Below the pieces are notes generated by a model. That model worked only from the letters and a program-made list of their open reading frames with translations. It ran no database searches and was not told the DNA's origin. Of a stretch of DNA of 52,447 nucleotides, positions 24,646 to 32,110 are shown piece by piece. The position numbers and the translations under genes are program-made. How positions within the stretch are numbered: position 1 is the stretch's first letter; each line of letters opens with the position of its first letter. Source of the stretch: Parcubacteria group bacterium (GTDB lineage: Bacteria; Patescibacteriota; Minisyncoccia; Phycocordibacterales; 21-14-all-47-15); assembly GCA_016181845.1 (NCBI GenBank), contig JACOYO010000006.1:1-52447 (forward strand), written 5' to 3'.

Positions 24646-26616
24646 TTATTTCGCAACCACTATTTCATCACCCGGCTTAAAACCCGGGTCAGTGGAAAGC
24701 CGTGTGGAAACGGCGCGAGCGTTCGCGTGTACGTCCCCAAAAGTAAAGTCGTCTTCAGCCGACAACACGGATGGAGAGAGAATATCAGGTATTTCACCCA
24801 CATGCGTTACGCTCGGGAAAAACCCGACTTGAAACGAAACTTCGCGCGCTTTCAGCGATATACCGGCGCCTGACTGCACGCTTCCAAGAGACCACGCGAT
24901 TTCGCCCGATGACGGATTAAAAGATACCGTCTCGCCGGAAGTCACGACTCCTTTCCAACGAACATATGACGGAAGCGTCGCGCGTACTTCCGTGGCAGAG
25001 AGATTGTTTGACGAGTTTAGAGCGGTCCAAATGATGGTGTATGTCGTTTCTTTTTCTGCAACCGGCGGTATCGGTCCGGTGTTGGCAAAAGGTCCTGTAA
25101 AATGAGTCGCCCGTGACATCAGCTGGACTCCAGAAGAAAATTTTATGACGCGCATTGACGAAGTTGTAATTTTCGTCGGCACTTCTGATTCCTCAATGCG
25201 ATTGCCTCCGATGGTGAGAGCCAGAGATACTTCAGGATTGTGTATTTCCTTGTCCGTGCCAAACACTGTCTTTGGTTTGAAACTAAATGACAATCGTCCC
25301 GCGCCGCCTGATTCAATAACTCCAAAAGACGGGTAGGAGCGCTTATCCCACAGTATGGTGTTGCGAGAAGAATCATATACGCCTTTTTCAATTCTGATAG
25401 ATGATTCGTCAACAATATCGCCGGAAAGAGTGATTTCTATACTGCCATCTGTCACTCGCACAGGCAGATTATTCACCCACGCGACATCAACGCGGATATC
25501 CTCTCCGGCTTGCGCGATATATTCTTCGCCGGCACTGCCGTTCACCGCCATTTCAGCGCTTATAAACGGACGGCGCAAGGTCACCTCCTGAAAGAGCGTT
25601 CCGTATGCAACACTAAGTGACGGCTCACCTGAAGCGTTCATTGTCCCCGTGGTAACGCGAAAAACTTTTTTCTCGCCGTCTTGACCGCGCAATACGCCTT
25701 TCAATACAATAGTGCGTGAACCTTTTGTCGGTATGTCACCCAAAAACCAGAGCTTTTCTCCTGACGACGGGGGCGGGCTCGCGTCGTGAAACACAAACCC
25801 AGACGGATAGGCAATCTGCACCGCAAGATTTTGAAGCGCCGTATCGGCATGAGAAACAATTTTTACTTCCATGCTCATTTCCTGATTGACGCTTACTTCT
25901 TTAAGCGCCGAGATTGAGACACTCACCGGAGCGGAGCTCAAACCGATATCATACGTTTTTTCTTTGACAAAAATTGCATTGGACCCTTCCACCCGATATT
26001 CCAAAGAAATTTTAATTTGTTCAACACTTTGCTCCTGACCGAATAAAACCGCCCGCACAACCTCATTCACGGTTTGTCCGGCATTGATATTGCCAAGAGA
26101 TTTTCTGATTCGCGGCAATTCTTTTTCCAGATTGTCTGCCGCGCGAGTGCCGCTCGGATATTCAATAAGCAAATCAGAAAGCTCAAGTGGAACGGTGTTG
26201 TTGTTGCGCACGGAAATCTGAAGGGAAAGCAGTTCTCCGCCGCCGACTGATACGGGACCGGCAACATCAATGACTATATTTTCGGGAGACACGACGTTTG
26301 AGCCACGGAAAAACACGAATGCGGCAACAAAAAGCCCAACGAAAAAGAAAATGATTGAGCCGACAAAAAACCATTTTATCCATCTAAATTTCATAGGGGT
26401 ATTTGGTAATTCTTGAGCGGAAATATCACTTTCCTTCCAACCTTGACTGACGTCATATTTTTTTTCATGCAATTGGTGCAAAGGCGCGCCATCCTGCCTT
26501 GCGGTCGGCGACACCGGCTGTTGCGGAGCGCGATACAGTCTTTTTTTGAGCGCTTCAAGCCGGCTTGGTTTGTTTTCTTCCTGCAATGGTGAACGAAACG
26601 AGTTGTGTGTGTTCAT
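24646..26616 (-). CDS. Large membrane-anchored, probably extracellular protein, hypothetical
   Basis: One TM helix (WFFVGSIIFFFVGLFVAAFVFF), then ~530 aa of beta-rich sequence. The start is trimmed to MNTHNSF. TATACTgaaagca lies upstream. Confidence 0.6.
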   Translation of the reverse strand: MNTHNSFRSPLQEENKPSRLEALKKRLYRAPQQPVSPTARQDGAPLHQLHEKKYDVSQGWKESDISAQELPNTPMKFRWIKWFFVGSIIFFFVGLFVAAFVFFRGSNVVSPENIVIDVAGPVSVGGGELLSLQISVRNNNTVPLELSDLLIEYPSGTRAADNLEKELPRIRKSLGNINAGQTVNEVVRAVLFGQEQSVEQIKISLEYRVEGSNAIFVKEKTYDIGLSSAPVSVSISALKEVSVNQEMSMEVKIVSHADTALQNLAVQIAYPSGFVFHDASPPPSSGEKLWFLGDIPTKGSRTIVLKGVLRGQDGEKKVFRVTTGTMNASGEPSLSVAYGTLFQEVTLRRPFISAEMAVNGSAGEEYIAQAGEDIRVDVAWVNNLPVRVTDGSIEITLSGDIVDESSIRIEKGVYDSSRNTILWDKRSYPSFGVIESGGAGRLSFSFKPKTVFGTDKEIHNPEVSLALTIGGNRIEESEVPTKITTSSMRVIKFSSGVQLMSRATHFTGPFANTGPIPPVAEKETTYTIIWTALNSSNNLSATEVRATLPSYVRWKGVVTSGETVSFNPSSGEIAWSLGSVQSGAGISLKAREVSFQVGFFPSVTHVGEIPDILSPSVLSAEDDFTFGDVHANARAVSTRLSTDPGFKPGDEIVVAK

Positions 26617-26668
26617 ACAAAATATGCTTTCAGTATAGCATTTGCGCCAGCACGCGAGAAATATGCAA

Positions 26669-27259
26669 TCATAAGTGGCTTTCACGAAGAGAGCGCGATA
26701 TGCTCATGACTGCTTTTCTATGATACGGTTCAAATGTTTTCAAGAGCTCCTTATCAAGCCGCGGCAACCCGGCAAACCGCTCTAATGAAAAAGTTTTTTC
26801 TCCATATCCGAGCGCATCCAGAATGGAAAGCGCCGCAAGCGCCTCAACGCACGCAAGTTCTTTCGCGGTAAGTTTTTCAGCGGCCAAAAAAACGGCCGTG
26901 CGAAAAATAAAATCAAAAAGTGCCACATGTTCTGTTTCGCCGACCACGAGCCTTCTCAAGAGCGACGCGATGCGTGCAAATACGCGAAGTTTTTCTCCGT
27001 CAAAAAAAAGCGCTTGGTACGATGAAAACGGAACGGCGCTGGTCACCCGCCACACATCCTTGCCGCGCACCAGAGCAATCTGCGCGTGTGAAAAATCCGC
27101 AAGCGCAAAACTCAATTTTGAACGAAGCTCGCGTATTCCTTGCGCGCGCACACCAAGAAGCCCGAGATTTTTGGTGAGTACATATAGGTATCGGTTGGAC
27201 TCGCCAATTGATACGCTCCCAAGCACAATCCCGTCGGTCGTGTATATATGGTACGCCAT
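26669..27259 (-). CDS. recO: DNA repair protein RecO (short form)
   Basis: The N-terminal OB-fold-like region TTDGIVLGSVSIGESNRYLYVLTKNLGLLGVRAQGIRELRSKL is typical of RecO. Confidence 0.7.
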   Translation of the reverse strand: MAYHIYTTDGIVLGSVSIGESNRYLYVLTKNLGLLGVRAQGIRELRSKLSFALADFSHAQIALVRGKDVWRVTSAVPFSSYQALFFDGEKLRVFARIASLLRRLVVGETEHVALFDFIFRTAVFLAAEKLTAKELACVEALAALSILDALGYGEKTFSLERFAGLPRLDKELLKTFEPYHRKAVMSISRSLRESHL

Positions 27260-27348
27260 AGAAAAAATATAAAATTAAAAAAGCAAAACGCAAAACAACA
27301 TTGTAAAGTTTAAAATATTTTGAATATTAAGTTGTTGTGTTGCATTTT

Positions 27349-30300
27349 TCACTTTTCGTTTTGCGTTTGTATACGCACTCTAAACACCGCATCGTCAACG
27401 GTGATGTCCGCGCCATCTGATACGGCGGCAAAAAATATTTCTCTGGCACGAAGCGCTTTTTTAATATAGGAAAGATACGTATTGATTATTTCTTTTCCAA
27501 AATTATTTGCTTCTATGGTGATAATAATTTCATCGCTCGTGGAAAATTCTTTTTCTTTCCTTATATCCTGCAGGGCGCGGACAAATTCACGCGCCTGTCC
27601 TTCTTGTTTGAGTTCGGGTGTTATCAGCGTATCTAATTCCACATCGTTTTCCATTGAGTCGCTAAATGTTATTTCTTTCACATTTACTTCATCTTTAATC
27701 AGTTGCAATAATTCCTCGTTGTTCCTGATTCCTGATTCCTGATTCCTGATTCTTAATGTCATAAGCGGCTGGCGCACTTTAATTTTTGCTTTCATTCGCA
27801 GGTCAAGCGCGAGCGAAACAATGCGTCGTGCTTCTTTCATTTTTTCTATAATTCCAGTCTCCGCTTTCCAGTTTTCAGTCTCCAGTTTCGGCCATTCTTC
27901 AAAATGGACGCTTGCTTTTACTCCGCCCAACCTTTGATACATATCTTCGGCAATAAACGGCAGTATCGGCGCGATAATTTTTGAGAAAGAGAGCAAGACT
28001 TCGCGTGTGGTATTTCGCGCGTGCTCCTTATCTTCCCCCTCTTCCTTAAATCGATCGCGTGAGCGACGAATATACCACGTGGACAAATCATCCACAAAAT
28101 CGCCGACGGGCTTCACCGCGCGGTCAAGCTCGTAGGCATCGAGCGCTTCTTCAATTTGTTTCCCAAGCACGTTTGCGCGCGCAAAAATCCATTCGTCCAA
28201 AACATTTTTTGTTTTGCGTTTTGCGTTTTGCGTTTTTGAATTTTTATACAGTTCAAAAAAAGAGAGTACATTTTCCAAACGCAGAATAACTTTTTTATAT
28301 ACTTCATCCACGCCTTTTTCTGAAAAAAAGAGTGTTTCTCCGCGCACCACCGGCGAAGCAAGCAGATAGTAGCGGAGCGCGTCAGCGCCATAGGTATTGA
28401 TGATATGCGCCGGATCGGGATAATTTTTAAGACGCTTTGACATTTTTTGCCCGTTTTCCGCAAGAATCAAGCCGTTCACAATCACATTTCTATACGCCGA
28501 TTCTCCAAACAGCCCGATTGAAAGCACGAGCATGTTGTAAAACCACCCGCGCGTCTGGTCCAATCCTTCGGCGATAAAATCGGCGGGAAAATTGGCGCGA
28601 AAGAGCTTGCCTTCTTTGGTTGCGTCAGTCCCCATGTAATGAAACTGCGCGTATGGCATAGAGCCCGATTCAAACCAGCAGTCAAAGACTTCGTGGACGC
28701 GGCGCATCATTCCTCCACACTCACTCCGACGCTCACGGTCGGAGTTCCGACCCCTTTGGGTGTCGGAACAATCAAAAATCATTTCATCAATATAAGGTCG
28801 ATGCAGGTCAAGCTCATAATTGTGATTATGAGGAAACGGCACAAACGATAATGCCATTGAGCCGCCGGTTTTAATAAAATCCTCCCCCGCTTTTTCTTTC
28901 ATGGCGACCGCTTCTTTCACATCAGCTCCAAGCGCTCCCGCCGCAAGCATCCACGACGGATACTCGTGCGTCACTATCAGTATGGTTTTTCCTTGATACA
29001 TGGCGTCCGTTTCAGAAAGGAAATCCATAAGACGATTTTTCATATCAAGCAATGTTTCTCCGCGCGGTGTCGGTTTATAAAATTTTTCTTCCGGCGATGA
29101 AAAATAATCGTGATACACGGACACCGGTTTGCCATCCAAATCGCCCGTGACTAATTCTCTTAAACGATTATCCACGATAATATCAGCGCCCGAAATATCC
29201 AACGCCTCGGCAAGAATATCGGCGCTTTCCTTGGCGCGCACAAATGGCGACGTGAAAATAAAATCAATTTTTTTCTCTTTCAGTTTCTTCGCGGCGGTTT
29301 TCACTTCCTCTTTACCTTTTTCGGTCAGGTGATGCGGAGTATCCGGATTGCCGCTCAACACATTTTCTTTATTGTGTTCCGCTTCTCCATGCCGTATCAA
29401 AATATATTCATTGCGCGGTTTTTTTGCTTTAGTAATATCCGCTAGCGAGCCGACAATGTGAATAGTCGCGCACTTTTCGCATTTCCAAACCGGAATCGGC
29501 GCGCCCCAATATCGCGAGCGCGAGATCGCCCAATCGCGCGCCCCTTCGAGCCACTTGCCAAAACGTCCGTCACGGATATGCTCCGGCACAAAACGGATTT
29601 TTTTATTCGCCTCAATCAGGAGGTCTTTAAATTTTGTCACCCCAACAAACCATGATGACGCCGCATAATTTAGAAGCGGCGTATCGCATCGCCAACAATG
29701 CGGATAGGGGTGTGTTATTTTTTCTTTCGCAAAGAGAAGTCCGCGGTGCGCGAGATTTTTGATAATCATGACATCTGCTTCTTCTGGATTCTCTTTCGGC
29801 TTTACTAACGCTCCGGCAAAATCGGCAACCTCTGTCTTGAACCGCCCGTCCATGCCGACATGCTGAATAAACGGCAAATCATATTTTTTACCGAGCTCCA
29901 TATCGTCTTCACCGAATGACGGTGCGATGTGCACGATGCCAGTCCCGCTTTCCGTGTTCACAAAATCCGCCGCGTACACTTTCCAGCCGTTTTCACGATT
30001 GGAAAGTTTTTCGTCTTTTGAATAATAGTCAAAAATCGGCTTGTATTTTTTACCTATAAGCTCGCTTCCTTTTATTTCTTCAAGAATTTCATACTCTTCT
30101 TTTATTACCGTGAGCCGCTCTTTCGCAATAATATACGAATTCATGATTCCTAATTCATGATTCATGATTCCGATTTTTACATACTCAATATCAGGATTCA
30201 CCGCGAGCGCCACGTTCCCCGGCAATGTCCACGGCGTCGTCGTCCACGCAAGCATGAACGTCCCGGGTTCATCGACAAGTTCAAATTTTACATACACCGA

Positions 30301-30921
30301 AATATCAGTGATGTCTTTATATCCCTGCGTCACCTCGGAAATCGCAAGCGTCGTCTCGCACCGCGGACAAATGTGCATAGACTTGAACCCTTCATAAATG
30401 AGCCCTTTGTCATAAAGCGTCTTGAACGCCCACCAGATTGATTCCGTGTACTGCCAGTCCATCGTGCGGTAGCTTTTTTCCATGTCTACCCATCTCCCCA
30501 TGCGCGGCACCACTTCTTTCCAGTCCGTGTCATACCGAAGCACACTCGCTTTCGCGGCTTCGTTAAATTTTTCAACGCCAAGCGCCTCAATATCTTTTTT
30601 ATTTTTCAGACCGAGCTCTTCTTCTATTAAGTTTTCAATCGGAAGACCGTGACAATCCCAACCCCACTGCCGCCGCACATATTTCCCTTTCATCGTCTGA
30701 TAACGCGGGATGACATCTTTGATGGTGCCGGCAAGCAAGTGCCCGTAATGCGGAAGGCCCGTTGCAAACGGCGGCCCGTCGTAAAAGACAAACGGTTCGC
30801 CTTCTTTGTTTTTTTCAAGTGATTTTTGAAAAATATTGCGCTCGCGCCAAAAACGAAGGATTTCCATTTCCCTTTCAGCAACTTTGGATATTTCTTTTTT
30901 TTGTTCCGGTTCTTTTTTCAT
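27349..30921 (-). CDS. ileS: Isoleucine--tRNA ligase, type 2 (eukaryote-like), with an inserted histidine-phosphatase-like domain
   Basis: PPFATGLPHYGH (HIGH) and KMSKRLKNYPDP (KMSKS), plus editing domain motifs. The insert NEYILIRHGEAEHN...IVTHEYP is at ORF residues ~506-700. An ATG start at 30921 is preferred over the TTG at 30927. Confidence 0.95.
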   Translation of the reverse strand: MKKEPEQKKEISKVAEREMEILRFWRERNIFQKSLEKNKEGEPFVFYDGPPFATGLPHYGHLLAGTIKDVIPRYQTMKGKYVRRQWGWDCHGLPIENLIEEELGLKNKKDIEALGVEKFNEAAKASVLRYDTDWKEVVPRMGRWVDMEKSYRTMDWQYTESIWWAFKTLYDKGLIYEGFKSMHICPRCETTLAISEVTQGYKDITDISVYVKFELVDEPGTFMLAWTTTPWTLPGNVALAVNPDIEYVKIGIMNHELGIMNSYIIAKERLTVIKEEYEILEEIKGSELIGKKYKPIFDYYSKDEKLSNRENGWKVYAADFVNTESGTGIVHIAPSFGEDDMELGKKYDLPFIQHVGMDGRFKTEVADFAGALVKPKENPEEADVMIIKNLAHRGLLFAKEKITHPYPHCWRCDTPLLNYAASSWFVGVTKFKDLLIEANKKIRFVPEHIRDGRFGKWLEGARDWAISRSRYWGAPIPVWKCEKCATIHIVGSLADITKAKKPRNEYILIRHGEAEHNKENVLSGNPDTPHHLTEKGKEEVKTAAKKLKEKKIDFIFTSPFVRAKESADILAEALDISGADIIVDNRLRELVTGDLDGKPVSVYHDYFSSPEEKFYKPTPRGETLLDMKNRLMDFLSETDAMYQGKTILIVTHEYPSWMLAAGALGADVKEAVAMKEKAGEDFIKTGGSMALSFVPFPHNHNYELDLHRPYIDEMIFDCSDTQRGRNSDRERRSECGGMMRRVHEVFDCWFESGSMPYAQFHYMGTDATKEGKLFRANFPADFIAEGLDQTRGWFYNMLVLSIGLFGESAYRNVIVNGLILAENGQKMSKRLKNYPDPAHIINTYGADALRYYLLASPVVRGETLFFSEKGVDEVYKKVILRLENVLSFFELYKNSKTQNAKRKTKNVLDEWIFARANVLGKQIEEALDAYELDRAVKPVGDFVDDLSTWYIRRSRDRFKEEGEDKEHARNTTREVLLSFSKIIAPILPFIAEDMYQRLGGVKASVHFEEWPKLETENWKAETGIIEKMKEARRIVSLALDLRMKAKIKVRQPLMTLRIRNQESGIRNNEELLQLIKDEVNVKEITFSDSMENDVELDTLITPELKQEGQAREFVRALQDIRKEKEFSTSDEIIITIEANNFGKEIINTYLSYIKKALRAREIFFAAVSDGADITVDDAVFRVRIQTQNEK
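27724..27751. repeat. Four tandem heptamers CCTGATT inside ileS (encode RIRNQESGIRN)
   Basis: cctgattcctgattcctgattcctgatt read directly from the sequence. Confidence 0.9.
28211..28231. repeat. Three tandem heptamers GTTTTGC inside ileS (encode KTQNAKRKTK)
   Basis: gttttgcgttttgcgttttgc. The same AAAACGC word builds the spacers at 27283-27365 and 41540-41660. Confidence 0.9.
28828..29412 (-). other. Histidine phosphatase superfamily (PGAM-like, branch 1) domain embedded in IleRS
   Basis: RHGE at nt ~29381-29392, FTSPFVRAKESA, RLRELVTGDLDG and ILIVTHEYP, found in the order expected for His_Phos_1. Confidence 0.7.
30139..30173. repeat. Five tandem heptamers ATTCATG/ATTCCTA inside ileS (encode GIMNHELGIMNS)
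   Basis: attcatg attccta attcatg attcatg attccga. Confidence 0.9.
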
Positions 30922-31112
30922 GCCCAAAGTGCTTTCATCGTATCACGGACGAGAACAGTTGAAAAATCGGTTGTATTCTTTATTTTTCGAAAAATCACCG
31001 CCTGCCGCCACCTTTTAATGACGAGGCGGGATGGCGGGTCATCAAAGAAACTCCGGCTTGAATAAAAACAATCGTAGTGTGCGCGCTTACACTCAAGCTC
31101 CAAAAATTTTAA

Positions 31113-31136
31113 ACCCCAACCTGTGTCGGGGTTTAC
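31113..31136 (-). terminator. Weak terminator-like hairpin after the 179-aa gene
   Basis: aaaccccgacacaggttggggttt, then aaaattttt on the minus strand. Confidence 0.35.
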
Positions 31137-31676
31137 TTATTTCTTTTGCATTGCTCTCGGAGCATGCTCAAGTGTATACACCAAGAGCTGAAGTGCGGCT
31201 TCAACTCGCTTCAAATTACAATTTTTGGCACGAGGTTTACTAAAATGAAATGTGTTTCGAACATCATTTAATTCCAAAATATCGGTCGCTGTCTTTTCTT
31301 TTATAAGCTTCTTCGCTTTAAAAAATATCACGAGATCGTGTAATCCTATTTGATATTCTTGCTTTTCTAGTTTTTCTTGAACGGCTACGATAACTGGCAA
31401 ATTTGTTTTTTCACGATGTCCGTACTCTGGCGGTAAAGTCTGTACAAACTTATATTCAAGATACTCGATTTTTTCTCCCCGCACCTTATAAAAATAAAGA
31501 AGAACAGCTTCTATGGCCGACACAACATATAAAATAATTACTCTGTGCGTTTCTTCTCTATATAGCTCTTTCTGCTCATCGTCTTTTGACCGCTTAAAAA
31601 GCGCGTAAATATACTCTATTGAATCCTCTAGTGTTTTGCGGAGCTCTTTATCTGTAATGAAATCTAGATCGTTCAT
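31137..31676 (-). CDS. Hypothetical all-helical 179-aa protein with an RNxxH motif near the C-terminus; possible HEPN-like toxin, unverified
   Basis: The ORF lies in a lower-GC segment. ELNDVRNTFHF has Rx3H, one residue shorter than the canonical HEPN Rx4-6H. I recognise no homology. Confidence 0.45.
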   Translation of the reverse strand: MNDLDFITDKELRKTLEDSIEYIYALFKRSKDDEQKELYREETHRVIILYVVSAIEAVLLYFYKVRGEKIEYLEYKFVQTLPPEYGHREKTNLPVIVAVQEKLEKQEYQIGLHDLVIFFKAKKLIKEKTATDILELNDVRNTFHFSKPRAKNCNLKRVEAALQLLVYTLEHAPRAMQKK

Positions 31677-31680
31677 GATT

Positions 31681-31854
31681 TCAAGCAGACTTTTTTTGTG
31701 TCATCTTAAGGAGTTTTGAAAGAGACGGGAGACCCTCTTTCTTTAAAACCGTATGCAGTTGCGCATCAGACCTATAGCCCAAATTAACACCATATTTCTT
31801 TTCTATAGTTTTTACTAGGGTATCCTCTCTTTTTTGGTGGATATTTTTACTCAT
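31681..31854 (-). CDS. Hypothetical 57-aa basic protein, possible partner of the 179-aa gene
   Basis: MSKNIHQKREDTLVKTIEKKYGVNLGYRSDAQLHTVLKKEGLPSLSKLLK. Its stop lies 4 nt before the next ATG. The start is uncertain; the ORF track extends to a TTG at 31890. Confidence 0.4.
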   Translation of the reverse strand: MSKNIHQKREDTLVKTIEKKYGVNLGYRSDAQLHTVLKKEGLPSLSKLLKMTQKKSA

Positions 31855-31981
31855 AATTATATGGTAACACGCCTCTCTTAAATTCCACAATTATTCATTG
31901 GCAACGACTTTCAAAAATCACCGTAACTCCATCATAAACCGCATAAGATATTTTTGTATGAAAAATAAAAACGACCGAAAA

Positions 31982-32005
31982 CATTCGGCTATCGTATAGC
32001 CGAAT
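31982..32005. repeat. Hairpin repeat CATTCGGCTATCGNATAGCCGAAT, copy 2 (downstream of argS)
   Basis: Same palindrome as at 17839-17862. On the minus strand it is followed by gttttcggtcgtttttattttt. Confidence 0.75.
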
Positions 32006-32110
32006 TATGATTGAATCATTCCTGTAGTTTTAGCAGAAAAAAGGGAATCGAAATCACCGTCTACAATAAATGTTAAATTGTTTATTTTTTCTCTTGCTTG
32101 CCATAATAAA

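Noticed and set aside
30922-31112. T-box riboswitch upstream of ileS.
   Set aside because: Only a GGTGG-containing string is present. The rest of the T-box consensus (..ACCGCG), a stem I with specifier loop, and the AG bulge or distal loop motifs could not be identified by eye. It is kept as a low-interest finding pending a covariance-model scan.
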